From Fimbriosthenelais zetlandica (lineage: Eukaryota), in assembly GCA_977030845.1 (NCBI GenBank), contig OZ365113.1:32860001-32924000 (forward strand): DNA of 64,000 bases. The letters run 5' to 3'. Under the pieces are notes generated by a model that worked only from the letters and a program-made list of their open reading frames with translations, was not told the DNA's origin and searched no databases. The position numbers were made by a program, and so were the translations under genes. Below are positions 39,601 to 53,521 of this stretch, one piece after another (the first letter of the stretch is position 1; every line of letters starts with the position of its first letter).

Positions 39601-40459
39601 CATCCCGACCCCCGAAAACCTGTGCCCCCTAGGTTCAGACCCTGAAAACCCGACAGAGAAGTCGTATTGAGTGTACTACCCCCCAAATCACCTCACGGCA
39701 GGCTAGTTTTTATGTGGGGGCAATAAAGAAAAGAATTCGTCATAACCGTGTGATGATATTTGTTCCAGCTGAGTGTTAAGGATGCCTCGTAAATCACAGC
39801 GGAAAGTGATATTTGATTTTCCCAATAGTAATGCACTAAAGTGCCATAAATTTTTACCTTTCTAATTCATTTTACCGGCAAAAAAAACTGTTCAAACTCC
39901 TTGAGCAGATGTCGAATTTAGAGACAGCTGATTATTTTAAATATTTAAACTTATTTCAGAAATTTCAGATTAAAAGTGTACAAAAGGGCTAAAAGTGGAC
40001 TGGATTATATTTGTGAGTAATCGGTATAGGCAGAGGTGGGTGGGGAATGAGAGCTAGTAGTTGAAGACAATATGAGAAGGGCCTTTTTACCTTTGTCCCA
40101 GCACGTCTATAAACATGAACGTTTTGGACAGCTCCTGTGGTTACCTCAGAAGAGAGCTGATAATTATGTTTAAAGCGCTGGATTTGTTTCTCTTGGCTCT
40201 GTCCGGTAATCCCCCTTAGTCTAACAGCGGGCTGTGTGTACTGTGAACAGATATGGCCCCTCAGGCCATGCTTTGTACACCTGTGGGAGGCGTACAAACA
40301 GAAAGGTAAGGCTTCCAGCACCAGACACCCACAGCATTCTATAACCCAGTAAAATGCTCTCAATACAGGGCTACTAATGAGTTGATGGGAAGAATTAAAG
40401 GAGGGACTTGGGGGAGTGGTAGGCTTCATGGGAGGCAATGCTTTAATGTATAGAAAGCA

Positions 40460-40503
40460 ATGGGAGAAGTGGGTTCGATGGGAAAAGTGGGTTCGATGGG
40501 AGA
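40460..40503. repeat. tandem repeat, 18-nt unit x2.4
   Basis: atgggagaagtgggttcg / atgggaaaagtgggttcg / atgggaga. Confidence 0.9.
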
Positions 40504-41662
40504 GTTCAAAACAAATTAAGTTCGATTTTGAACATTAAAACTGGGATGGGAACAGTATAGGTCATAGTCTCGAAAGTTGATAATATATGTTGGTGATATG
40601 TGTTTTAATATACGTATACACAGGCGGAATTAAATCTTTCGGGATAAGAATATCCTAAAATCCATTCAAACATTAGGACTCAATCTCAAAGGGCTTTGGG
40701 AGGGAATACTTTGATAGATCGGGGGATTTGTCAAGAGTCACGGGTGGAAAGTGGAGGCTGGTGTCAAACCAGCACACTAAGTCTACTGTTGAGTGAATGG
40801 TACGAGATCAAACGCTACCGGAAGTCCGCAAGAGCTCCTTCCGGTTGGCTAAAGTGGCCAGATAAGACGAGGAGCTGTGAGGGTTGGGAATGGCTGGGTC
40901 TCGGTGGTAGACTTTTTACTCAGACTCCATCATCATCTTTCTGGTCCAATTCTGGAATCTCTTTCACATCTCACTGATCGCCGTGCCAGAAAACACAGGC
41001 ATACTATATACATGGCTTATGATTTTTGAAAGTTAAACCGAGACCACCCAAATATGTGCAATCATGCAATGATAAATGAGCAACAGATGTAGGTATAAAA
41101 ACTACAGAGCACATCATAAATCATGTCTTTGGAAAATCAATATTTTTAATATACAGTGTATTTGAAGGGATATTTAAGTGTGAGTCTCGCCTTGAAGAAA
41201 ATGCATAATGGCAAAACGGACCCAGCAGGGTTTCGAGTGAAGAGTTATAGTAAGTTATAGAAGAATCTATTCACTATTCAAAAGGAGCAGCTGACAGAAA
41301 TAGTCAGCGTGCAAGTGAATTCACAGTTCACACTGCAAGTGTAAAAGGGCAGAACAATTCCACGGCTGGGGCCTAATGCTCCCACTGCCCCTCCCATGCC
41401 CTCTGGACCTCGACTCTCGCCTCTGGGAACATGACAGAAATCAATAGGTTCTCTCAATATAGAGTGACAACACGTCTTCCCCATTGCTGCCTTCAACCCC
41501 TAGTACCAAGAAATTCACTTCATAGATTGCTAAACCTTCTTTCCAAGGGCAACCATATATATTCCTCCAGAGAAATATTTTCTTCGGAGGGTGAATGAAG
41601 CGCTATGTTTGATCCTTCAGAGAATAGTTGTTCATGAACTTAGAATAGATTGTACCACTTAC

Positions 41663-41760
41663 CTCAATGAATAGATATTACATAATCAGAAATACAATGT
41701 AATTTGAATATTTGACAGGCATCACTCACCTAAAAAAAGAAAAGATGAAATAAAATTTAA
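41663..41760 (-). other. recursive splice site (RS2) with 67-nt cryptic RS-exon
   Basis: Minus strand reads tttcatcttttctttttttag|GTGAGT (junction 41730/41729). No AG occurs for about 169 nt upstream (no CT on + between 41732 and 41900). Downstream donor TGAG|GTAAGT at 41662. Confidence 0.72.
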
Positions 41761-44700
41761 TGAACAAATAAAAAGTATTTGCCACGAGGGAATATGAGCA
41801 ATATAAATATTAGTTTCAAACAAATGATCACCAGAAGAATGGGTTGAATTAATTAGAATGTCATTTGGAAGTCAATTGCATCCATTTGCACCCCAACCAT
41901 CTGTACATTTTTTGAGAACTAATTCCCTTTTTGATTTCCCGTGTTATTGTCCCATAACGTCCTCCGGAGACGGTGCTTACAAGCGTAGGCCCCTCCCATT
42001 GACATCTGCAATGAAGGGTAACAAAAGCAGTAGAATGTCATAACCTTTTGTAAGAGCCTGAGGGAGGTTGAGAGAGGAGGAAGCTCCTGTGATTTATGAT
42101 CTCATATTGACACTATGATTGACAGATGTCTCCGGATTACAAATGGCCATCAGGTGTACCCATGATTAGAATAACCTGTATCCTCTATGCCTGAACATTT
42201 ACAGGGATACTGCATTTATTTGTCTTTATTAAAATGGCCTAAAACATGACATATTTTCATATCTGTTGTATGGGGAAAGTACCAAGCAAGGCTCTCCATT
42301 GGTCTGTTATGACTAATTGCCTACAGACATGCGTTTCTAAATGGATCTTAAAATGCATGAAATGGTTTGATCTTAACTTCGCATTAATGTATAGACTTTT
42401 ATGACAATAATCACTCTCGACAATGCTTCTTATAACGTCGTCCTATTTATATGAATATCAATTTCGCAGAATGTCAATTAACTTTTCCTTGCCTCAAGTT
42501 ATTGAACTGTCAATCTTAACCTCGTTATAAAGAAATAATCAAGTTTGTTTTAACCCTTTTCAAATGTTTAAATCAAGCACACATTGAACCCATTTAGCAG
42601 AACAATTTCACATCAAGTTTTTTTTTTAGCTTACAAGACAAATAAGATTACCAGCTCTAGTCAAATAACCGGTGGGTACACGCATACATCAAAGGGAAGC
42701 ACGACAGATGAAGTGAATGAACAATCACAGAAGTCAAGAGCTGATGAGCACCACTCGAGCTGATCATTCTCCCATCAGGTCCCCCCGCGGCGGATCACAC
42801 AATCCTCACTTGGTAAATCGGATTTGACGTAACAGTTTGATCAGTGGAAGTGTCAAGCAGCCCATCCTCTGACAGTATCATTAGCCTTTTGCCTATTGTA
42901 TGGTGGGTGTGAGATCCTTTACATTGTCTGTCTGACCCCCCGCTGAGCCGATTATAGGCCCTTGATGACTGTGCAGGCAGAGCAGCTATTGTTAAAAGTC
43001 ACCAGGCTAGGATCCCGCCGCTGGGCCGCCCTGCTCGCCCTATTGTCTCAGCAGACAGAAATGCCTTGTCAATTTTGTCATGGCTTGCCTAGATTTCTAA
43101 TCTTGTCTGTCAATTAAGGAGTTTTATGATTGAACAGTAGGTCGGTGCCTCCAGGCGAGATATCAGACATTTTGGGAGGGTTTGGAGAGAACAGTGGACC
43201 CTAACCATTACGGCAGTAAGAATTCCATATCATATTAGCACAAAACCAACCCAAATAGCCATGAACGGTTTTCACAATGTGTTCGTGTAGCCCTGAGCGT
43301 TCCATAACAATGTGCACATATTTGGCGGGGTTAACCACAACTACCTAAGCATGAAATCATTAGGTATTTTCCATGTAACCGAGCTGACAATTGGAAAAGA
43401 ATGTGAACTGAGATGGGTGAATAGTGTGCTTTATTACACACTTTCTGACCCTCAAGGAGCTACAGCCACGAGGTATGTGTACAATGATGAGATTCGGACA
43501 ATGTACAGCCACACAACTATTGTTCCCGTGGCCCTCAAAAACATTTGGTTATTGAAGGTCAAACGTGTGCATGTGTTCCAACAAACTTTTGAATGGTTGG
43601 TAAACATTGTCATTTGCTTCCGTCCATAACTCAGAGGCAAGTTGACCCCTTGGATCCAATAGCAAACAAGACTAGTCTGGATATGTGAAAACATTTTGTT
43701 CAATATTAATAGCTACGTCAAAATGTGACATTCAATCGTGATTTGTAAACCATTGAAGGGAAGATTTCCACGTAAATCATGTCGAGTTTCACTATGAGTG
43801 CAGAAACAAATGTCACTGACCCATTGTGGACAATGCGAACATTGAATGTGAATTTATTGAGTAAAATAATGATAGAAAGCACTATATATACATGTGGTAT
43901 ACATTGGCCGATATATCCTTTTGTTTTACTTCCCTGCCCTCTTGCAAGAGTTCAAGTTATTTGGGTAGGTAACTTTTGCCACTCCTTGAGACTATTACAT
44001 AGAAATGCCAAGTTCACATCAGGTCATCAAAGTGGTGTAACCAATTGCAACACTTCCACCGGCCCGTGACCTTGATGGGAGCAGCTCGGGTCTGCTCACG
44101 TGGCACTCTGTCAGTGATGGATTTGGTCCGAGGGAAAAGTAAACAAATAGTCCAAATAGAAATGTATCAGACAAGGCTGATCAATACAGGCTGGGACAAG
44201 AGCATAGGAAATAGGCGAGATCTATAGTCCGAGTGTCCCTCCCAATAAGGCAGATCAGTCGGTACACATCTTACATCAATCTGATACAAGGGTACACACA
44301 ACATTACGATACCATCAATGACTGATGGAAGGAGAGGAAGACCCGGCATGCAACGCGATATAAACCAATATGTAAAGCTTTGTGATCCTCAGGGAATGAA
44401 TTCAACGTCAGGACAATTGTCTGATGATGTATTGGTGGCTACTGCATGGAGAATTACATAAAATATTCCTAGCAAATAATTTGCCAAGCCATTTCTACCA
44501 CGCCTTGGGTGATAAATAATTGGGCTTGACATTTTTTTTCCTCAAATTATCTCCACAATGAATTGAAGGAGTTTTTCAAAGGTAATGTATAATAGGGACA
44601 TAAAAGAACCCTCAAGTCATTGTCAATCTCAGATCAAACAGTATAGAGAATAGATGTGTAGCGGGCTTTTATAGATCTTAAGTCAAGTATTTATGTCATA

Positions 44701-47700
44701 ATTAAGGTCCTTGATATACATGTATGATTTGTTGTACTTCAGGTATGGATTGAATGATTTTACAGCCCCTTGATCAGAAAATCTGACAGGTCCATTGTTG
44801 CAGAAATCAATACTAAGCTGACATTTTCCAAATATTACATTAAAAAGAAGCTGTCCCACAGGTTAGGTAATAACCGGGGGGGGGGGGGGGCCTGGGGGCT
44901 GTTTTCACCAGTCACACTCATGAGAATATTCCTAAGAGCAAGGTTCTCTTCATCAACCCGCCGCTCCTGTCTGAACCTTCTTTTTGTTGTGGAACTTACC
45001 CCCAAAGGATCCTAACAAAGAGGGGCCAGTACCCCCTCCACATGATAACAGAGCGGGGTTCTAAGGTATTCCCAACTAGAGTTTCGTCAGTATCCATACT
45101 CACGAGCCCTCAGGCTGCCAGCATTGGCTTTCTAAACAAAATAAAGTTTCCTTTGCCCTTGTTTACCCACGACTGAGAGAGTTGGTAGGGGGAAATTGTT
45201 TTTTATTATATCATTGGTGGAGTGCGTTATCGGTGATCCAGTGGGGTTTCTGGTGGCTGGGGTTGTCACTATTTACCCTTGACTGGGGAGAATCGGCCCA
45301 TAGCCTCAGGCGACAGGTAAATATGGGGTGAGACAAGAGACGAGTTTAGAGACAGGCCTGTAGGCGGGCAAGGTGCAACAACAATACAGGACTGTCTCCG
45401 ACCATATTTTCACTCTTTCGTAATTTTAATATGCACAGATGGAGAGAAAACCCAATACACTTTATCAGCAAGACATAAATAATCAAATTTGTTTTGCCAA
45501 GATAAAAGTATGACTCCGTATCTTTAAGAAAATCATAGTCAAGCAGGGGAAATACATCATCATTGTATTGAATCTTATTATATTATTAGTGAGTACTCTT
45601 AAATTTGTAAAGGCTTCTTTAAATTTCGAAAAATTTGTTCTCACTGCATCATATGATGGTTGGGGAAAAAAGTTTAAGAATTTAGTGAAAGTCAAATTAC
45701 TGAAACCAACAAAGAAAATAGCAAAGCCTGGGGCAGGGCTTGAAATAAGTGTAATAAGGAGGGGACGCAATATAGGATTTGAGTACTTGAAAACCCGTCT
45801 TTGTCAGCCGGTCATAGGATGTGCATGTAAATGGCTACTAATATCCATTATAGGTAAGTACAGCACATATATTATTGTCAATGAGTTACTTCAGACAAGT
45901 AAAATACTTTTATTTGACGCACAAGTTATAACAAAGTCATATATGGAGACATCACGCATTAAGTAAGATGGATACCATAGACTTATCATATATGGATATC
46001 AATTGGTAGGAAGATTTAGATTAAATTTATACTTTAGAAACCAAATATCTAATCATGACATTCCCCTTCCAATCTAGGAGTATGGGTGGTGTTTCCTTTA
46101 GATCTTTGAAGCAAGTCATAGTTTAAAGTGGTCTGTAAAAATCAAAGATACCGACTAGAGCAGGAGAGAAATGACCAGCCGGTAAATGAGGCGTGATAAC
46201 CACCCCACACAACTGACCATCCAACAACAGGCAGGGCTACTTAGAGACAGAGGGGGCGTGGTCATAAAGGTCAAGAGGGCGTGGCATCGGGGTCATCTGT
46301 ATACCCTCAAATGACACCTTCATCCTTAGCCTACATCTATCTCTCTCCCTATACACTAACTTCATCTGAAGGATTCACTGAATCTTGAAGGTTTCATTTT
46401 CTAGATGTTTCCATTAATATGAAAGACCAGAGAATAATTGATCCAGAAATGCTTCCGATTGGGACAAGCATCTTATTAGAATAATTTCATACATTTACAT
46501 AGCAACGTTTTAGCTACCGTTCTTCACACAATGGATGATTTAGTATAAGTGATATAGGCCCCTCAAAACCATTTCATCCTTCAGGTACTGAATGCAGCAC
46601 AATGACACATTTTTTAAAGCAGTGGACCGTGGGTGGGCAGCACAATGTTAATATATGCTCAATGGGAAAGGCTTAGCTAATTAATCCACTTTTCTGTGTG
46701 CACCTCACGTTTCCCAGGTGCGCCCTATTCCCCAGGTGACCCTCCCCTTTGTCACCCACAAGGAATGTCCAGTAATTACTACCGGGATCATCTCTTAATT
46801 ATATACCGCCATTAATTATTGTCCTCTGCCATGCCAATTACCCTGGGTCAACCCAAGGTAAGGGATCAGGGAACAAAGCCATTCTATCCATGGGAAAGTC
46901 ATTATCTTTTTGGTATGTGAACTTTCAATTAAATCTTGAGAAAGAAAAACATTTTTCTTTTAAAAGGGACATATGCAATCAAGAAATACACTTGGGGGAT
47001 AATTTCTTAGATGAAAGGCTATTTTTTGTCTCATATGACGGGGTTCTTTCGAGAAACTAAGATAATTTATGTTTGCCTGGGACAGGAGCAAGTAGATAAG
47101 GGTCGAATAGATTCTATCATTGGGAGATGGAATTGGGAGGGTTGAAACTACCAAACACCTCCCATAGTCACAGAAAACAAGTTTGTCTACAAATTTCCAC
47201 TTTGGTGGAAAGAAGGCAATTCTTTTTCATGGACCAACCAAGTAGTGAACAGGACAAATCTAAGGGTCGAATTGGTCAATTGAGTTGTCTCGAGTAGGCG
47301 AGTAAGGAATCAGAGATAATCAGTTGTAAGTGGCAGAGGTTAAGGCTTGAGATGAACAGCCAGGACAGATGGGTGTTGCGTGCAACACAGTGGCGCAAGC
47401 AAAGTGAACTCAGCCGCGAAATGTGTCTGGATTGGGAGACTGCAGGAGATTACTAGAGAACAAACACAAACCAAGAGAACAACCCTAAAAAAAACCGCCC
47501 CTCCCTAACACCTATTCCCTGTCCCAGAAAATTGATTTTCTTCGTTCAGGCAGGAAGTGGCTAAAAAGAAACGGCATCTTTTTAAATTTAAAGCTGAGAA
47601 ATCTGTCATTGTCAAAAGGTTGTGAATCAGAGGTTTTGACCTTAATAATAAGGTTGGTGGAGGGCTATACAAAGATGTTGACACTGGGAGATTGGCCTCG

Positions 47701-50700
47701 TCCTTCTTAGCCTGGAAATCATCTCTTGACACGGAATATGATGAATGAAGCTAAACAGTGGGAACTTACCCACCGTGAAGAGATTCATCAGGGAATTATT
47801 TATGACAATCCAGCATAGATTCACCCGATATGAACAATCATACACGATATATCACTCAATGAGTGGACTGCCTTCTTTGTGGTCTCTTTGTGGAGCAGAC
47901 AATTGCCTGCTCACTCATTCGAATAATTCTTAACTTGAATTCAAGCATAACTATCTACCTGACAAATCTGACCGACAGAAATGATTATGAAAGCTTATAA
48001 TCATCTAGACCTAGATGTTCCATAGAATTCCACTACAAAGATCTATCATGATCTATCATCTGAGGATACAATGAAACTGGCAAACCAGGCAAAAGGAACT
48101 GCCTTCTATGTGGCTATTTAAGTCCTATTTCAATATACAGGTTTGTGATGTGTACATTTTAAACTAATTCTCCACCAAATGTCAATACTTTTAGAAATTT
48201 TTAAGGCCCAGAAAGGTTGAATAACATTTACCTTGCAGTACCAAAACACTTGTGTTCTTCTGTTATATATTTACCCTAAGAATGGATAGTATTTTTAAAC
48301 TGACATTTGCCTTCAATTAGTCACTTGAAATGCACACAAAGAAGGGGAATTTCCAGAGGGATTCAGTTTCCGGAGTGGGGGTGAATGCATTGACATTAAA
48401 GCCCTATGGTGGTCATCTGTTCCGGGGTGGTCTTCACGGTTAGGTCCTTGATGGGTAAAGGTGGGGAGTCAGCTTTGAATACCAATATCTACACACCTCC
48501 GCATTCCCTCTCATTGACATTTGCCCAGCAGCAAGAATGAATGGAAGCTCACCACAGGTATGTCCATTCTTCTATGATGCTTCATGCCACCTAAGTTTAG
48601 TTGTGCCATCATAGACGTTAGGAGTAAATATCAGGGTTCAGGGTATAGTAAATATTGATGTTTTTGTCTCTTTTTGGGTCCTATATATCCCTTTGTTCTA
48701 AGGCCATTCAAGGAAGATTTTGCTAAAGCCAACCAAACCCAAGACGGAAATACACCGAAATAACCTACAGGACAATTACAGATGCCTTCTTTTAAAAACT
48801 CCAATCTCCCAAATTAGAGTTTATCAGAGACCAGACAGAGAAAAATAAATTTAAGTGCAGTTTCTAGACAAGACATCAAGCCATTGTCATTGGCTGTGAT
48901 CAGTGAGGGAAATGGCGCGGAATTCCGCCCGGGTTAAATGGCATGGTGATCACGGAGGTTTTTCTACAGATTACCAATCTTCCAGCATGCATTCACTGAT
49001 AGCAATTGAAATGCTTCCTACTCAGCACTCGACAGAAAAAACAGGGGGATGTTCATCCATGCAAGTCTTAAATTTCACAGATTTAGATTCCACTAGAGTT
49101 TTTTTTTAATAATTTGAAGTGGAACCATACTCATCGAGGCAGTGAGTGGACGTTTAAATGGGAATAGTGGCGTGCTGTTAAAAGAGATGAGGGGCTGTCA
49201 TCGGGGAGACAGTCAACTAGCCCCCTGTAATTTTCTTCAATAGTAGGGAGGGAAATTAAGTTTGTTTGTGGGCTTGATAGTTTGGCCGGACTACTGGTGC
49301 TTCAAGGCACGCCCGTTCTACAAAGCCGACCTACCATTAGCCACCTAGCCAGCCATACATGGGTGGGATTGCTCTTTGGCCCTCGGAGGACATTTTTTTT
49401 TCTGGATGAAAAATAATTTCTTACTTAATAGTTCTCGGTGTGATAGGTTCTTCCAATATGCACTTGGCTTAGCGAAACATAAAAAGAGTGGTTTACAAAT
49501 CCTGGCATTCCGATGGGTGAAAGGAATATTATATATTTTTTCGACGGAACGGATATCTTATTTGCCTTGCAGATATGTGATTAGATTTCATTACATATTC
49601 CTCTGAGAGCACATATATTTTGAACACAAGAATTATAACGCAAGAGAACTTGAATATTTCTAAAATTCACCTCATACCAAGTAGGGAATCAACTAGGTCG
49701 ATCTCTCAAAATATCACAAAATTTAACTTGTCAAAGTTTTAAATTATAGCACTTGATAATTACATGGCTACATATACCAGGGAAGTATAATTAAACTGAG
49801 TCTTTATGATATTTTAAGTGTAGCATCCCGCTGCTTTTGCAAGAGCATAAATCTCTGAAAACTTAATAAATTTACCCAAGAAAAACTGATGGCTAAATTC
49901 CAAGAAGTAAATTCCAGTTTTTAATGGATATCTTGAGGCGATGCTGGATGAACACAGCCTTGTCATAAACTCTTATCCACTTGTACGGTGAGTAATTTGT
50001 ACTCGAGGTGAACTTGCGATAAAAAAATCTAAAAACCCTTTGCAGCTTGAGCATCAGTGAGTCACAAACCAGACACAGGGGCAGATGGAAATATCCCACA
50101 AACGACAGATAAAGTAGCTCTTCATGCCTAAATGACACCAGTGCTCGCGTTTTCAATATCAGAGACCAGGAATTAAGTAATATGGATTGAAATTCAAATC
50201 TCTGAAATTGAAATGAAAAGGATTTCATCCAGCATCTGCTAGGAATCCATGAGGCTCTCTTTTTATCCCCTAGATGTTTGCATGTAATCACATCGTAATT
50301 TTGGGATTATGAATCTAAATACCGTGATCTAAATATTGGCCTGTTAGGGATAAGATTATCTCTTTCTTCAGTGTATATGCAGTAGCACCGCCGACCAAGT
50401 CCAGCAATTATTTGATCAAATTTTAATCCTGCCTACCGTACATGCGTTTGGGAAAAAAACAAATTAAACAAAAATGTATAGGAGGTAGGGTTTGAGATGA
50501 AACATAGATAATAACTATACAGGCTAATTATAACATTCCAAAGTTTGCAAAGTTGTTAATTAAATAAGTCGTTTGCCTGCCTTTAACCCCTGGATTCCCA
50601 TGAAGCCAGTACGGTTAGATTTATAAGGAAGGCAGGAGGCAGTAGCAGGCTGTTTCCTGTTACAGCTATCAGCGGAAGTTCTCATGTAAGACAAGGCCGA

Positions 50701-51299
50701 GCACTTCCGGTATCTACTATACTACAGGTTACTCCTGACAACCTGGCGTGGCCGGGTGCAGGCAGGGTTCAATAGACAAGACTTCACATCATTTACTTTA
50801 AACTTTAAATTTACCCAGCCAGTGGATTTCTCCAGGTTTTTTTTTTATTCAGGGCAGGTTTCAAATCCCCGAGGGATGACGGACCTTCCCAGGGTGCATT
50901 GAGTCAATGAGGGGTCAATTACTCACTGACCAAATGCTTTATAAATGATCCAAAAACTCAATGATTAGAAATGATTCATCAAGATCTAGTCCAGATCTAA
51001 GAGGGAATCTCTTATTTGTTTGTCACTATGTCTGATGGTCTATATCCATCTTATTGTGACTGGGAAGCGTGTTTATTGTCAAGGAAACATCAGTAATCTA
51101 CAGGAAATAAATATTGAACCAACCAGTAAATACACGATGGCTTGTAGAGCAAGACAATATTGACACACCCAGGTGGGAAGATGACAACATTAACACCCAG
51201 TCTATTATAGTGTTAAAATGGCCCTGAATGGACTCATTTATAAATACACGAGATTCTGGGAACTGAGGTTAACAGAGCATTTAATATGGATGTATTGTC

Positions 51300-51480
51300 T
51301 AAGGATGCCACCACCATCTGGGCCAAATGCCAAAGACCAATTAGCTCGATATTCATCATACCACTGCTCATACATACCCCAAAACCAATGCCATGAATAT
51401 AGCCTTAGCAGCTGGCATGGCGTTAAATCACCATTCATTCATTCCAATGCCGTTAAAATGTATGGGGACAGTCGATGGTT
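51300..51480 (+). mobile_element. possible decayed 3' end of a CR1/L2-type LINE ORF2
   Basis: With a one-base frame correction, tca ttc att cc(-) aat gcc gtt aaa atg tat reads SFIPNAVKMY, resembling the C-terminal SFFP..(I/V)..WN.LP motif of CR1/L2 reverse transcriptases. The flanks are not alignable by eye. Confidence 0.3.
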
Positions 51481-53477
51481 GCCAACGCAACCGAGTTGGC
51501 AACTTCCATTACACCTTCCTTATGCTATAGTGCGCATGGTACATTCCATCCATATAGGAGCAAGTTATTAGGCGTGCCAATATATTGCTAATAGAATATG
51601 TGAAAAATCCTCCATCGATTTCTAAATTTAATACCAGATATCCCAACCTTGAAATAAACTATAGGTATGTCCATTCCGCTTCAAGAACCTGATCCTTGGA
51701 TATACGGCAATTTGGACACCTGGGAGTTAGGGTGGCTGGTAGGGCTTATAATAGGTAGGTGGGTGACAGGCGTGCGTAGATGCGTGTCTCTCACATGCTG
51801 AGCATGCTGGGCATGTTACCAGCTACCTGCCAAGCTAGCAGTCACCAGGTGGCAAATTACATGTAGGGCCTACTATAGGCCGGCTAGACATGTGTAGGTA
51901 TAGGTATGAGTATGTCAGCATGTCATATAGGATATTATAGAGTAGAGCATCACTCTAACAGCATCATCAGCTTCATGCCTCTTCTACATCATACATGATG
52001 AAACCCCCGCCATGAGCAATGATAGGAGGGTTAATATAAGACATTAATATCAATATAAAGTAGGCTATCACGGCCTGGTGAGGGGTGGAATAAAGATTAA
52101 TAGTAATCTGAGTAGATTATACTATACAGACACTTGTTTTACTTTACCTGTGTACCATGACCAGGTGAAACTGCTTCTATAATTTATCAAATTATGTTGA
52201 CATTAATTTAAATTTTTAACCCTTTCCTACCTTGTATTAACACTAAAAAATTAAAAATAAATTTTGATTTTAGTTATTAGCATGGTATTAAATACCGAGA
52301 TAATTAGTATGGCATTAAGATAATTTTCATGAGATACATTGTGATGCTGATCATCACCATGTAAGACTTTCCTGTTGAGGGGTTTATTCAACAAACACTA
52401 AGCCACGTGCTAGCTCCACCAATCTCAGCAATTGACGTGTGCCAGGCTGGTATTTATACATTTGGATCTAATCATCAAGTCATAGCATAATGTAGAGGTT
52501 GGGGCTGAGAAAGCTATGGATCGAGTGGGAGGAGGATGAGAGGTGGGGAAGTTAGGGTGGGGGGGGGGGGAGTGAATGAGAGAAATTCACCATTTATAAT
52601 GATTTACACCTGGGTTTAATGCATGAGGAATTGAGGCTAGTCTTCTGTCATTCAGTGTTTATAATCCAGACTCGGAAAAGTAGAAAATCTAAGGGACGGA
52701 AGCTGCGATCCATTACATTATAGAGAAATCTTGTCTATCTAAGTTGTAGCACATTATTTTTCTCGCGCTACCAAGCGAAAATATCCAGGTAATTTTGGGT
52801 GACTTTTTGGTTTGATTTTTTAAATTAGTTTTTAATGAAAGGTGTGTCACAGGAAACAGGGACTATTTTCTCTGCGGGGTTAAGACCATTTAGAGATGAG
52901 GATTCCTGCTGGAGAGAGTACCGCCTGGTATGATCCTAGAGGGGGAGAATCAAGATTTCTACCTCTCAGCCCACCACTAAACTCCACAGTCAGTACTGGT
53001 AGGAGAAAGCTTATAGTCTGGCAGTAGGAGGAGGCCAAATCAGTGAGTGGATGAAATAGGGTTAAATGAGCAGAACAATGAGATATGAAAGCCTAACACT
53101 GACTAGAACAACCTTTGTTCAATGGGGTTTTTGTTTAAAAACTCAAACAGTCTGGGGATTTTTTTTTGGTCTGTCTGGGATACACTTACGGTTCAATTCA
53201 TAATAGAATATCAATGTAAGTAACTTTAAATATGAATTAATTTCATCGGTCCCAAGTCAGATGTGTTATTTTCCAAAGAGTTAAGCTATGTTTGAAGTGA
53301 CACAAATATTTTCAAGTTTGTTTTCTTGGATATAGGCCTGCGAATTGTTATTCTTATTTTTCACCACCTTTTGGCCTCCGAGCCCCTCCCTCAAGCACCG
53401 AGACACGCGCTTGGCACCTGCCCCCAAACCCCAACACACACAGAGCACGTGCCCCACAACACACATGAACCTCAGCC

Positions 53478-53521
53478 AACCCCTCACCAACCCTCATCCC
53501 CCAACCCTCATCCCCCAACCT
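53478..53521. repeat. C-rich 14-nt tandem repeat
   Basis: aaccctcaccaaccctcatcccccaaccctcatcccccaacc. Confidence 0.8.

Noticed and set aside
40145-40280. Cryptic exon-like segment on the minus strand (cctcccacag|GTGTAC ... TGAG|GTAACC), inside the 149-aa ORF 39989-40438
   Set aside because: 136 nt, open frame is phase 2 in and phase 0 out (would frameshift prickle); weak donors; no recognisable protein.
6899-50291. AT-rich 80-150 aa ORFs (6899-7141, 28645-28890, 33921-34205, 45568-45966, 49893-50291) and a broken frame at about 22.6-23.0 kb
   Set aside because: No recognisable domain, splice structure or terminal repeats. They may be very old transposon debris, but no family can be assigned without a search.
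51842-51855. CTCF-like TCACCAGGTGGCAA
   Set aside because: A single motif match with no supporting context; not distinguishable from chance.
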